Below are positions 1-10,001 of a stretch of 64,000 nucleotides of DNA, one piece after another. Under the pieces are notes generated by a model. The model made no database searches. It had not been told where the DNA came from and saw nothing but the letters and a program-made list of their open reading frames with translations. Source of the DNA: Candidatus Iainarchaeum sp. (GTDB lineage: Archaea; Iainarchaeota; Iainarchaeia; Iainarchaeales; VGJJ01); NCBI GenBank assembly GCA_043803765.1, contig JAZDJQ010000018.1, positions 64,001 to 128,000 of the forward strand, in the 5' to 3' direction. Within the stretch, counting starts at the first letter, position 1; each line of letters starts with the position of its first letter. Position numbers and translations under genes: made by a program.

Positions 1-423
1 CATACTCGCTAATCCGGTAAAAAGGAAATGACTATTTTCGTCCTGTTCAAAAGAAGGTGTATTGATTCGTGTAAACGCGATTGGAACAAACACTTCCTCT
101 TGTGCCGTTGAAACTCTAATTTGTCCAGTGAAAGAATCGCCTAATTGTAAATAGTTGAGAGGAAGGGCATAGACGGTAATAATTTTGTGTGATTTTCCAG
201 GAATAGTAGCATATCCTTCTTCCGTTGAAAAATCCAAAGTAAATGGACCAATAGGAGAAAAGGAAAAGGTTTGGGATTGTGTTTGAGTATTTGTAATAGT
301 GAGAGGAATGGCGGTTGGAATCGTTCCGCTCATTTTAATGATTGAAAGGGGGGCCTCGACTGAGAGTCCACGTACAAACGTGAGGGCCAAGAAGAATGCC
401 AGTACGAGAATGACTAACCGCAT
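1..423 (-). CDS. Secreted/surface protein, 3'-truncated at the window edge
   Basis: Hand-translated open frame from ATG 423 to the edge (MRLVILVLAFFLALTFVRGLSVEAP...), with a signal-peptide-like N-terminus and beta-rich sequence; not in the ORF track. Confidence 0.7.
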   Translation of the reverse strand, partial: MRLVILVLAFFLALTFVRGLSVEAPLSIIKMSGTIPTAIPLTITNTQTQSQTFSFSPIGPFTLDFSTEEGYATIPGKSHKIITVYALPLNYLQLGDSFTGQIRVSTAQEEVFVPIAFTRINTPSFEQDENSHFLFTGLASM

Positions 424-522
424 TTTGTTTGACACACCAACCACCTTTCACTTATTCATGTGAATACACTACATAGTGTGGAGGTTCTATTTAAAGATTG
501 GCAGTATTTTAATAAATCCCCT

Positions 523-969
523 ATGCTCGATGAATTCATCGAAAATACCGAGGGCATAAGTGCCCAAATTCTATCATTTGACGAAGAAGTAGCTACTTGT
601 AAGCAGGCCCAGGCCCTCGAAAAGACCATTCCCATAGTCAAAACAATCGTTTTAACCCACACGGAAGGGCATCTTCTTGCAATTCTCCTATCCAATGATA
701 AAGTGGATTATGGGGCGATTCAGCAATTAACAGGCAAAAAGGAAGTGCGCCTTGCCACGCATGAGGAAGTAGAACCGTGCACCGGATACAAAGTAGGAGG
801 AGTACCCCCTATTAGCATCTATGGAATACCTACTCTTCTTGATGAAAAAGTACTATCCCACCATTGGGTGTTAGCAGGAGGAGGAGACTCGTTTAGTTTA
901 CTCAAAATACAATCCAATGACATCCGCACATATGGATTTGAAGTCAACGTCGCACGCATTACAAAGTAA
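523..969 (+). CDS. YbaK/EbsC (INS superfamily) aminoacyl-tRNA deacylase
   Basis: IVKTIV motif and TGYKVGGVPPI...AGGGD typical of YbaK/ProX; ATG 523 chosen over GTG 460. Confidence 0.85.
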   Translation: MLDEFIENTEGISAQILSFDEEVATCKQAQALEKTIPIVKTIVLTHTEGHLLAILLSNDKVDYGAIQQLTGKKEVRLATHEEVEPCTGYKVGGVPPISIYGIPTLLDEKVLSHHWVLAGGGDSFSLLKIQSNDIRTYGFEVNVARITK

Positions 970-1002
970 AAGAAAAAAAGAAAGAAATGAAAATGGAAAG
1001 AA

Positions 1003-1386
1003 TTAGCAGAAAGAAGTAGTGCAGTAAAAACCAAACCCATTTGAGTGATAATAAAAATCAAGAGTAGTGTGCACAGGAGCAGTCTGAGGATAATAATACC
1101 CGTAATTCCCATAATTTCCATACATGGAATAGGAAGGATACACCCCATAGGAACCGGACAAATACCCCGGAGGATAATATCTTCCACCGCCTAAAACAGG
1201 ATAACCCGAATTAGGATAATACGCATAATACGTCCACCCCTGATTCATTCCAGAAGGTTGGTAAAATGATCCGGCATACAATTGGTTAGACTGATACGTC
1301 TCAGGAACATACGCAGGCCACGCAGAGACCAATGAAGAAAAAGAAAGAAGAATCATCGCCAACCCAAAAAAACGAATAAAACTCAT
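1003..1386 (-). CDS. Secreted Tyr/Gly/Pro-rich low-complexity protein
   Basis: Signal peptide ending VSA-W; Y/G/P-rich mature region; GGAGG upstream. Confidence 0.7.
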   Translation of the reverse strand: MSFIRFFGLAMILLSFSSLVSAWPAYVPETYQSNQLYAGSFYQPSGMNQGWTYYAYYPNSGYPVLGGGRYYPPGYLSGSYGVYPSYSMYGNYGNYGYYYPQTAPVHTTLDFYYHSNGFGFYCTTSFC

Positions 1387-1486
1387 TCACGTTCCTCCGT
1401 TAATAATAGTCCCTTTGAAGTATAAAAGGAAAACCATTTTATGTATACAATTTTCGGTATTGGACGAAAAATGGAGTGAACCAAAA

Positions 1487-1975
1487 TCAATCAAAACAGG
1501 GGCAATCCCCTACATCATCCCAAAAATCATCCCAAGAATCCTCAAATTTATCCCATTCGCCTTTCTTAATAGTCTTTTGAGCCGATTTAGGATTACCCAC
1601 CCCTTTGTATGAAATAATCCCATTCGTCTTAACCGTACCATGCCGATTGAGATAATTACTCTTATTCACGGGTGATTTTTCTTTTTTAATCGTAATACCA
1701 GTTGCAACAGTAGGATTGGAAAAGCAAGGTTGCCCGCAGGGAAGGGAAGGAACCAAATACGCAGGAGCGGAAATGGGGGCAATATAGACATTCGCCACAA
1801 TAGGAGGATACGTTCCCGCATGTACCGGAATCACTCCTGTCGTATACGAAGGATAAACCTTGTGATAATAAGAAGGAGCAGAAGGAACGGAAAAAGAATA
1901 CTCTTCAGCATGGGCGGAAGCATTCACCCCAAGCAGAACAAAGAAGACCAAACCAAAAAAGAAAAAAGGACGCAT
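1487..1975 (-). CDS. Secreted Pro/Tyr-rich protein with acidic Trp/Cys C-terminus
   Basis: Signal peptide (ASA-H); C-terminus WDKFEDSWDDFWDDVGDCPCFD. Confidence 0.65.
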   Translation of the reverse strand: MRPFFFFGLVFFVLLGVNASAHAEEYSFSVPSAPSYYHKVYPSYTTGVIPVHAGTYPPIVANVYIAPISAPAYLVPSLPCGQPCFSNPTVATGITIKKEKSPVNKSNYLNRHGTVKTNGIISYKGVGNPKSAQKTIKKGEWDKFEDSWDDFWDDVGDCPCFD

Positions 1976-2070
1976 ATCAAATAACCAATGGACCCATTCC
2001 CATTATAACAAATACACCTAAAACGAAGAAAAAAAAAGAGAGCAGGGAGTAATACTCCCGCCTGCTACTA

Positions 2071-2250
2071 CTAGAAGTCAAATGGCTTGAGGGTCTTGCG
2101 CCCGCCACCATTACAACGATCCACGGCGCGTTTCATCAGCATCTCAACCTGGTCGTTAAGCGCATCATACGCGTCGGAGGACATCATCATGTTCTTTCCA
2201 CGAATGAAATCCGCTACCTTGGACTTGACAATGAATGTTTCATTTGCCAT
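2071..2250 (-). CDS. Short histone-fold protein (DUF1931/face-to-face or Bd0055-like type)
   Basis: 59 aa MANETFIVKSKV...RKTLKPFDF, with the RKT..D end motif and a truncated alpha3; GGAGG SD upstream. Confidence 0.8.
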   Translation of the reverse strand: MANETFIVKSKVADFIRGKNMMMSSDAYDALNDQVEMLMKRAVDRCNGGGRKTLKPFDF

Positions 2251-2390
2251 AACGTCATTCCTCCCAACCACCCGCTACATTAGGCGAAGCGAGCAATCAC
2301 GAAAGTAGAATGGCTCAAAGTATAAAAGGGTTCACCCCCGCAACACTAAAATTTGGGGGTTATAAGGCAAAGTAAAGGGAAATAGAAAAA

Positions 2391-2453
2391 TACGCCGTCC
2401 GTTCGCCCATCATTCATCATGATTCAGGAAGATGCATCTCGTCATCCGGCGTA
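2391..2453 (-). ncRNA. Box C/D methylation-guide sRNA
   Basis: Minus strand reads TACGCCG-G-ATGACGA(C)-GATGCATCTTC-CTGA(D')-ATC-ATGATGA(C')-ATGATGGGCGAA-CGGA(D)-CGGCGTA; perfect 7-bp terminal stem. Confidence 0.75.
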
Positions 2454-2494
2454 ACACGTTTAACGGGAACAACCCGATAAAAAACCAGCACTCT

Positions 2495-5400
2495 TTACTG
2501 AACGGGTTCAATAGGCTTGAATCCAAACGTATCATAGTATTGAAGAAGCTTGAATAAGTAGGCCGCTCCAACAAAAAACACGACTTCTAAAATAGCAAAA
2601 ACAAAACCATAGGATAAACCAAACTGCCACCCCACCAAGAGGGGAATGGAAAAGAAAACGAGACCCAGCATTGAGCGCAACAACCTCTGCCGCTGCCTCT
2701 CATTATCCGCTACAATTCGAAAGAACACACGACGAAATACCATGTCGGATGCAATCCCGGCTAACGTACAAAGACCCAAGAAAATGGCATTCGCACTTGG
2801 TCCGGTTACTTCAACCAAATCAGACGCGGACAAGATAAGATGATTAGCAATGTTGTTGATTGTTTCAATTATCTGTTCGGGAATCACAATACCCGTTCCC
2901 ACTATTTCCAGTTCACCATTATCATTCGTCTTCACCACACCGCTCAAAGGAGGAACAAGAGGTACAATTGTATTATCCGTTTTGTTATTGGAAGGAATAG
3001 ATTCTGAAACCAACAAGAATGAAAAAGATGATTCGCTGGAATTACCATATTCGTCTTCCGAAATGATAGTTACGTCAACCGGAGTATGCGTTGATTGAAA
3101 TGAAAGAATATCCGCATCCACATTCACCACGCATTCCAAAAAATCGTTTGCGGATTGCGTGCAGACGGGTTCATTCTTGTTCGCTGCCCCATTGATCAGC
3201 ACCTCTGCCTTTGGAGAGGAACCGAATCCAGAATAGTCCTGTAAAACAAAATGAATGCTCTCTGGAAAATAAGAGACAGAACCCGTTGGTTCATAACTTT
3301 CAATGTGGGGCCCATGAAAATCAAGCACCATTCCTGAAATATTTTTTACTGCTGTCGAAAAACCATCCTCATTTCCCTCGAATCGAATAGAGTATTCCCC
3401 TTCAGGCAAATCATCCGGAATGGCAACAGGAGTGTTACAATTGAATGCCAAATCCGCCATCGTACAGATTGACTCTACCCCTTCATAATTCGCCACATCA
3501 ATCGAACCCAAATCAACTACTTTTCCATCAGTGCCCTCCGCCAACATTCTCACATCTAAATCAATAGCAAATGTAGCATGATTCATTACGAATACAGCAT
3601 TCTGTATTGCTTGGTTTTGTGAGTGCCAGACCGCCCCGGGAGAAGGATACGAAACCGTTACATCGAGTTGACTTCCATCCACGGTGATTTTTCCATCCCC
3701 GCTTGTAATCTCTGCCATTTCTCCTGCCGAATCCATGACATTTACTTTCAAATAAAAACTCCCCTCGGGAACGAGGAGCCCTTTCAACGGATTAAAAATG
3801 ACAATATTGATGGTGCAGTTATCTGAATCACCTGAAGCGGTACAGGAAATGTTGAATGCATTATCCACATTCCTCCATTCGTTTATCGTATAGTCTTCTC
3901 CCCCAGGGGTCAATCCAAAATACACTTTAGCATAATGCGCATCTCCAATATCCGGATCCGTAATAGTGAAAGCAACCGCCTTCTTGAACGGAGTATCAGA
4001 TGGATTCGAAAGAGTATTCTGCCACACTGCCGAAACAGGAATCAAATTAGACAACACAGGAGGAGAATTGGAAAAATCAAGAATATTGGAAAGAACAATC
4101 GCTGTTCCCGCAGAATTCCTCCGCATGAATGCAATCGTCTCATTCGTAAGACCTGATGCAGAATACGAACCAAAAAAATCCCCTCCGCCAATCAACTCAT
4201 CATCATAGTTTCCATGAGAGAGCGGACGAAAAGAATAGTGTTCCTGCCCATGAAAATCAATGAATAAACCAAGTATATGACGGTTGCCCGCATCATCTCC
4301 TTCTGCAATCAAAACAGCTTTGTCTTGGTCGGACTGAGAAACAAATGGAATAACTACTTCCCCAATATTTAATCCATCTATTGATGAAACCCACGAGGAA
4401 ATATTCTTCCATCCATCTCCAGAGGAACCATCCCCTGAAGGAGAAATGGAAATACTTCCATCCATGCACGTTCCGGATGGACAACGATACGCCGCTACCT
4501 CATTTCCCATCCGCGATACTACAAGAAGAGAATCATTCCCATACGCGATGGAAGGAAAAGAAAACGCCCCACTCCCAAGAAGGACTGGAGCCAACCATGA
4601 ACCATCCCCTACGTTGAATAAAGAAAAATAAAGGGATGAATCGGGTCCACTCGAATATGCATCCAACCAAACTGCATACACTCTTCCAAGATTATCAACT
4701 GCAATCTCGGGGAAACGAGGATTACCATTATGAACTCCTTGCGTAATATCCGGCCCACTTAATGAAGAAAACCAAGCACTATGCGAAGCACAAGAAGATG
4801 ACACTAAACAATACTTGTGAAATATTCCATCAATGCGCAACGCATCATTGATCTGCATATCATCAAAGAGAATATGCACATACTGTCCGTCCACTGCAAT
4901 CTTGGGACGACCAAATGAATACTTCCAAGTGAAAGAAGGAGCCCCCGTTTCATCCAAAAGTGGATCCAAAATGCGGGTGGGAGTCTGCCATGAGGAAGCA
5001 CTACCACAATTTCCTGATGCGCATTGAGTATAGTAGATGGTGCTCTTCTCATTCGTTTTATCCTTCACCGTAAACGCAAGATGAACGGTTCCATCCGGAT
5101 CAATGGCAAGAGAAGCATCGATAACACTTACTCGGGAAAAAGAGGTGCCCGCGGGAAGAGAAGCAGGAGGAATAATGGATTTCAATGAAAAACCATCCGA
5201 CCAACCCGATATTCCAGAGGAAGACATCGCAATCATAGGACCTGCTGCATTGTAGTAAACCCCAACCCACTTACCAGTAGGAAGACGCACGATCGAGTTG
5301 GAACGAGAATCATTCTCGGCATACATCCCCGATCCAGTAATGGTATCGGACTCGGAAACATCTACCATCCAAACATTGGGATTGAGAAGCGGATCGCAGT

Positions 5401-5779
5401 TACCATTCTCCTCACAGCACCGCCCCCAAATATCCGTAAAACCCCAATTCGAATAGGACGGTTGGGCCGTGCAGAATTTTGAACTCGAAAGATTGAAGGC
5501 GCTCGAACAAATTTTGTTCGACGTCGAAGGAAAACAATCATCTTGTGGACAAATAATAAGATTCCGGTAACCGGAAACTGACTCACAACCCGCAATGAAT
5601 GTGCCCATCCCATGAATCGGAGTGGGATTATCAATGGTTATTTTCCCCCATTCCGCGGAATCACCGGCATCTTCATCCGATCCATTCGTGTCACCCGCGC
5701 CTCCAATCTGACCCGCCACTATTGGAGCAAATGAAACCCACATTATGAAAAGGAGGAGAACCCACTGCGGACGCATCAC
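2495..5779 (-). CDS. Large secreted, membrane-anchored surface protein (Cys-rich N-terminus, propeller-like repeats, Ig-like domains, 3 C-terminal TM helices)
   Basis: 1094-aa ORF with signal peptide; repeated P.IAVD..G.V motifs; hydrophobic C-terminus. Confidence 0.8.
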   Translation of the reverse strand: MMRPQWVLLLFIMWVSFAPIVAGQIGGAGDTNGSDEDAGDSAEWGKITIDNPTPIHGMGTFIAGCESVSGYRNLIICPQDDCFPSTSNKICSSAFNLSSSKFCTAQPSYSNWGFTDIWGRCCEENGNCDPLLNPNVWMVDVSESDTITGSGMYAENDSRSNSIVRLPTGKWVGVYYNAAGPMIAMSSSGISGWSDGFSLKSIIPPASLPAGTSFSRVSVIDASLAIDPDGTVHLAFTVKDKTNEKSTIYYTQCASGNCGSASSWQTPTRILDPLLDETGAPSFTWKYSFGRPKIAVDGQYVHILFDDMQINDALRIDGIFHKYCLVSSSCASHSAWFSSLSGPDITQGVHNGNPRFPEIAVDNLGRVYAVWLDAYSSGPDSSLYFSLFNVGDGSWLAPVLLGSGAFSFPSIAYGNDSLLVVSRMGNEVAAYRCPSGTCMDGSISISPSGDGSSGDGWKNISSWVSSIDGLNIGEVVIPFVSQSDQDKAVLIAEGDDAGNRHILGLFIDFHGQEHYSFRPLSHGNYDDELIGGGDFFGSYSASGLTNETIAFMRRNSAGTAIVLSNILDFSNSPPVLSNLIPVSAVWQNTLSNPSDTPFKKAVAFTITDPDIGDAHYAKVYFGLTPGGEDYTINEWRNVDNAFNISCTASGDSDNCTINIVIFNPLKGLLVPEGSFYLKVNVMDSAGEMAEITSGDGKITVDGSQLDVTVSYPSPGAVWHSQNQAIQNAVFVMNHATFAIDLDVRMLAEGTDGKVVDLGSIDVANYEGVESICTMADLAFNCNTPVAIPDDLPEGEYSIRFEGNEDGFSTAVKNISGMVLDFHGPHIESYEPTGSVSYFPESIHFVLQDYSGFGSSPKAEVLINGAANKNEPVCTQSANDFLECVVNVDADILSFQSTHTPVDVTIISEDEYGNSSESSFSFLLVSESIPSNNKTDNTIVPLVPPLSGVVKTNDNGELEIVGTGIVIPEQIIETINNIANHLILSASDLVEVTGPSANAIFLGLCTLAGIASDMVFRRVFFRIVADNERQRQRLLRSMLGLVFFSIPLLVGWQFGLSYGFVFAILEVVFFVGAAYLFKLLQYYDTFGFKPIEPVQ

Positions 5780-5888
5780 GGGGAGAAGGAAAACCGCATA
5801 AAAAGGTTTTCCATTGGCGGAAGCGAAGAAGGGTTTATAACAGGTTTTTGGGTTATTTTATGCTAGATACTACGCGGAGGAAATACAA

Positions 5889-6281
5889 ATGGAAGAAGAA
5901 AATAAAACGGAAGCTGCCCCTCAGGAAACGACCGGAAACATAGAGGAAGAGGGATCGATTGAAGAGAGTAAACTCCCATTTCCCCGCGCCACTGTAACCA
6001 ACATGATGCGCCAATACCTTGATAGCGGAAAACAAATCAAAGGACAAGTAAAAGACGAAATGAATATTTGGTTAGGAAAAATGGTGGAACGCATCGCCAA
6101 AAAAATGAACGCTCATCCTTACACGTATGTCGATTATGGAATGCTACGAGAAGCGATTGAACCCTATGAAAAAATACAAGACGTGGAACAAGAAAAAGAA
6201 CACATCATCAAACAATTAGAAGCAGTCAAAAGCCAATGCGACGTACTCATACGCGAAGTGGATCGAAAGTTCCAGTTATAG
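5889..6281 (+). CDS. Histone-fold (NF-YB/HMf-like) protein with acidic N-tail and C-terminal coiled coil
   Basis: LPFPRATVTNMMR alpha1 motif followed by a long heptad-like helix; GGAGG SD. Confidence 0.7.
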   Translation: MEEENKTEAAPQETTGNIEEEGSIEESKLPFPRATVTNMMRQYLDSGKQIKGQVKDEMNIWLGKMVERIAKKMNAHPYTYVDYGMLREAIEPYEKIQDVEQEKEHIIKQLEAVKSQCDVLIREVDRKFQL

Positions 6282-6285
6282 TATG

Positions 6286-6774
6286 TTATTCCAACCAAGG
6301 AACGGTCCATTTCTTTGCACGCGGATACAGGTGAAGGAAAAAAGAAAAAACAAGAAAGAACACCCACAATGAAACGTAATCCGTAAGAAAATCACTCACG
6401 GAAAAAAGAATAGTGGGATGGGCAAACGTGAACCAGTATCCTACATTATGCAAAATAACTACCCCGAAAAACAATCCTGCTAATTCACCCCAATCCATTT
6501 TATTCGCATGCTTGGCTAACAAAAACACCCATACGGCGATAAGCACATGCATGATTTGGTGGAAAAAAAATTCCCACACATGAAAAAGATTACCAAACGC
6601 AGGAACGGCAACAAACGGGGCATCCCAAAGCAGTGGTTGAGCATAATACGAAATACCATACCCAAACCAAAAATAAAAAATTCCAACCTTAATCCATATC
6701 AGAATTTGAATGGCTAGATAGAACATGAAATATTTCCAAAAAATACGAGGAGGATTTCCCGCAATATCCTTCAT
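6286..6774 (-). CDS. Hypothetical integral membrane protein
   Basis: About 4 hydrophobic segments with conserved-looking His residues (HQIMH, LHN). Confidence 0.7.
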   Translation of the reverse strand: MKDIAGNPPRIFWKYFMFYLAIQILIWIKVGIFYFWFGYGISYYAQPLLWDAPFVAVPAFGNLFHVWEFFFHQIMHVLIAVWVFLLAKHANKMDWGELAGLFFGVVILHNVGYWFTFAHPTILFSVSDFLTDYVSLWVFFLVFSFFLHLYPRAKKWTVPWLE

Positions 6775-6798
6775 GAGTATGTGAAAAAAGAACCGAGA

Positions 6799-7398
6799 TT
6801 AAAAATCCAGTTCATCCCTCACATTCGGCCAACAAGACAATATTTTTATCGAAAAAGGATTACGCCCGCCCAGCAATACTTCCTTAAGCTTGGAAACATT
6901 ATGCACGTTGCGCACATAGCTGGCTTTTTCAAAATCCAAAATAACAGGCTGATCCGAAGTATCAATCAAAATGTTATGCAATTTTCCCCCTAATTGACCA
7001 TGGTCAATCCCCACACGGTCCAAGCGCCGTGCCTGAAGAAATAACCGAGTAAGTACGCGCTCCATTTTAACACGGGAAACACAAGCATCGATAAATGATG
7101 CTAATGGCATTCCATCCACAAACGACATGACGACGATACCGGCGTCCAAATCCACTTCCATTATCTTAGGACCTACTCCTGCCTCATTGGCCATTCGAAG
7201 CAAACGCACTTCTTTCTCAATCATGGCTTTCCTTGTAGAATGGGAATGCTCCACTTTCGCCGCAAAAAACGACCCCTCTTTTTCTAATTTCCAAATCGCC
7301 CCGCTTTTCCCTTTAGCAATGAGAGAAAGACTCGCGTATCCATGAGAAGAAAACCAATTCCCCACATGAGGAGACAAAACCGGAGAAAACACGCTCAT
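6799..7398 (-). CDS. Atypical Ser/Thr protein kinase (RIO/Bud32-like)
   Basis: IAKGKSG loop, AAK, GVGPK, IDHGQL...NILI and ILDFEKA motifs. Confidence 0.8.
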   Translation of the reverse strand: MSVFSPVLSPHVGNWFSSHGYASLSLIAKGKSGAIWKLEKEGSFFAAKVEHSHSTRKAMIEKEVRLLRMANEAGVGPKIMEVDLDAGIVVMSFVDGMPLASFIDACVSRVKMERVLTRLFLQARRLDRVGIDHGQLGGKLHNILIDTSDQPVILDFEKASYVRNVHNVSKLKEVLLGGRNPFSIKILSCWPNVRDELDF

Positions 7399-7576
7399 GT
7401 AGAAGAAGAGGGTAAACCAGTTCATAAAGCCCCCTATTCAACACCCACATCCATCATGAAAATGGGGGTTTTAAACAGTTACATCCATCTAAATAACTGA
7501 AAACAAGGGCAACTGCCCCAAAAACAAAGAAAATCGTTTTTTGCCAAAATGTTTTCTACCATGGAGGAATACCATC

Positions 7577-9217
7577 ATGTCCGACAACAAGATGAATCGA
7601 CAACTAATGTTTTTACCCGAAGGAAGCCGAAGGGTATTAGGAAGAGACGCTCAACGAATTAACATTCTCATCGCCAAAGCAGTAGCAAACGCAGTAAAAT
7701 CAACACTTGGACCAAAAGGAATGGACAAGATGCTCGTAGACGATCTAGGCGATGTCACCATCTCCAATGACGGAGCCACCATTCTAAGCGAAATGCAAAT
7801 TGACCACCCTGCTGGAAAAATGATTGTAGAAGTAGCCAAAACACAAGACAGTGAAGTAGGAGACGGAACTACAAGTGCAGTAGTATTAGCAGGAGGATTG
7901 CTTGCCAAAGCAGAAAACCTGCTCGACGATGAAATCCACCCTTCCATTATCATTAATGGATATCGACAAGCGGAAAAAAAAGCAAAAGAATTCGCTGCCG
8001 CCATTGCCGACCCGTTATCATTTGATGATACGAAAACGTTAAGGAAAATAGCATTAACTGCCATGACAGGAAAATCGGCTGAAGCCGAAACCCGATTAGC
8101 CGACCTTGTGGTCGATGCGATTCAAACAGTAGCAGAAAAAGAAGACACGCAATACAAAATAGATTTAGAACATATCAAACTGGAAAAGAAAACAGGAGCC
8201 AGCCTGCACGAATCCGAAATGATTAAAGGAATCGTATTGGACAAAGAAGTCGTTCACTCCGGAATGCCTAAATCAGTGGACAACGCCAAAATTGCACTCA
8301 TTGATGCGGCATTGGAAATAAAAGAAACCGAAACCGATGCCAAAATAGAAATAACATCTCCTGACCAATTACAAGCATTCCTAGACCAAGAAGAAGGAAT
8401 GCTCCGAACGATGGTGGAAAACATCCAGAAAAGCGGCGCGAATGTAGTCGTATGCCAAAAAGGAATAGACGATTTAGCCCAACACTTCCTCGCCAAAGCA
8501 GGAATATTAGCCGTACGCCGAGTGAAACAGAGCGATTTGCAAAAACTCGCTAAAAGCACCAATGGAAAAATCGTTTCCCGAATACAAGATATAACAAAAG
8601 AAGACTTAGGTCACGCCAAACTGGTAAGCGAAAAAAGAATCGCAGGAGACCAAATGGTATTCATCGAAGGATGCCGCAACCCCAAAGCAGTCACCATCCT
8701 CATCCGAGGAGGAAGCAATCACGTCGTAGATGAAGCCGAACGCGCCATCCACGACGCATTGGGAGCCGTTACTTCCTCCATTAAAGATGGAAAAGTAGTT
8801 ACGGGCGGAGGAAGCACCGAAATACAAATCGCAATGGACTTACGCGAATTTGCCAAAGACGTTGGGGGAAGAGAACAATTGGCAATCAACGCATTCGCAG
8901 ATGCCATGGAAATCATCCCCAAAACGCTTGCTGAAACAGCAGGAATGGACCCAATTGACACACTGGTAGCATTACGCGCACGCCACAAAGGAAAAGAAGG
9001 AAAATACTTAGGAGTAAATGTCTACGATGCAAAAATTGACGACATGCGAAAATTAAACGTTGTCGAACCATTACGCATTAAGACCCAAGCGATTACGTCC
9101 GCATCCGAAGTCACGCAAATGATATTACGCATCGATGATATCATCGCCGCGTCCTCTTCAGGAAAAGGAATGAGTGGCAAAGGCGGAATGCCCGACATGA
9201 GCGGAATGGAAATGTAA
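7577..9217 (+). CDS. ths: Thermosome (group II chaperonin) subunit
   Basis: [17 protein letters not shown] and LRIDD motifs, GGM tail; GGAGG SD before ATG 7577. Confidence 0.97.
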   Translation: MSDNKMNRQLMFLPEGSRRVLGRDAQRINILIAKAVANAVKSTLGPKGMDKMLVDDLGDVTISNDGATILSEMQIDHPAGKMIVEVAKTQDSEVGDGTTSAVVLAGGLLAKAENLLDDEIHPSIIINGYRQAEKKAKEFAAAIADPLSFDDTKTLRKIALTAMTGKSAEAETRLADLVVDAIQTVAEKEDTQYKIDLEHIKLEKKTGASLHESEMIKGIVLDKEVVHSGMPKSVDNAKIALIDAALEIKETETDAKIEITSPDQLQAFLDQEEGMLRTMVENIQKSGANVVVCQKGIDDLAQHFLAKAGILAVRRVKQSDLQKLAKSTNGKIVSRIQDITKEDLGHAKLVSEKRIAGDQMVFIEGCRNPKAVTILIRGGSNHVVDEAERAIHDALGAVTSSIKDGKVVTGGGSTEIQIAMDLREFAKDVGGREQLAINAFADAMEIIPKTLAETAGMDPIDTLVALRARHKGKEGKYLGVNVYDAKIDDMRKLNVVEPLRIKTQAITSASEVTQMILRIDDIIAASSSGKGMSGKGGMPDMSGMEM

Positions 9218-9428
9218 TACATTATCCCAATAAGCAGGGTGAGGGGAAAAAAATCCGCTCACCCCCCTTTTCTTTTTCCCCATTTTTACCCACCTAATAA
9301 AAATCGCCCCCTTGTAAGAATAATACCGTTTACAGGGACTCGTGGCTTATTCCCGCCTTTTTCATACGGTGATACCGAGGGAGTATGCAGTAGGTTTTAA
9401 CAAACCCACGATAAATGAATACATGCAG

Positions 9429-9502
9429 GGACCCGTAGCTCAGCCTGGTAGAGCAGCGTTCTTATACAGCGTCCGTCGGAGGTTCAAATCCTCCCGGGTC
9501 CA
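9429..9502 (+). tRNA. tRNA-Ile(UAU)
   Basis: Cloverleaf: acceptor GGACCCG/CGGGTCC-A, D stem GCTC/GAGC, anticodon arm GCGTT-CTTATAC-AGCGT, T arm GGAGG-TTCAAAT-CCTCC. Confidence 0.85.
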
Positions 9503-9570
9503 CTTTCAATATTGCCCCGCTGAAAAAAAATTCCCTAATTTTAAGAATCCGCCACTCAATGACCTTCGGG

Positions 9571-9895
9571 ATGTCTTTCGGTGTGCTTGAGACAAATACG
9601 TTCTCAGAATTATTTGAGTATCTTGAACCGAACGAGAAGAAATGGATTCGAAAAATAATAAGACAATTGAAAGAAAACCTAACTGTTGGAAAACCACTAG
9701 GGCCTGAATGGTTTAGAGAAAAGAAATGAAGGAAAAAGACTTTATTTTCTCACGTACCCGAACCGAAATAAATCGTTACTGATTGCTTTTGGCGATAAGA
9801 AAAAACAACAAGAGATCATTGATTTAGTACGTAAAAATATGAATGTGTACCAAAAAATAATCAATGAACCGCTTTCCGAATGCGACCATCCCTAA
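9571..9895 (+). pseudogene. RelE/ParE-like toxin, frameshifted at ~9727
   Basis: MSFGVLETNTF...GKPLGPEWFREKK ends at TGA 9727; the +1 frame continues EGKRLYFL...LLIAFGDKKKQQEIID to TAA 9895. Confidence 0.6.
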
Positions 9896-10001
9896 TATCA
9901 TCGAAACTCGCCTTCATCTGCTCTAAAACATCCGACAATTCCGATGCCTTCCTTTTAGTCAATGGTGTGCGGCGCTCTACTGCAGTAATGGTACGGGACA
10001 T
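9861..10001 (-). CDS. Small putative antitoxin (46 aa)
   Basis: MSRTITAVERR...QMKASFDDIRDGRIRKAVH; S.DDI..GRI tail; converges on and overlaps the RelE-like gene. Confidence 0.5.
   Translation of the reverse strand: MSRTITAVERRTPLTKRKASELSDVLEQMKASFDDIRDGRIRKAVH

Noticed and set aside
9727-9729. Selenocysteine or recoded TGA in the RelE-like gene
   Set aside because: The continuation is in the +1 frame, and other genes use TGA as a normal stop.
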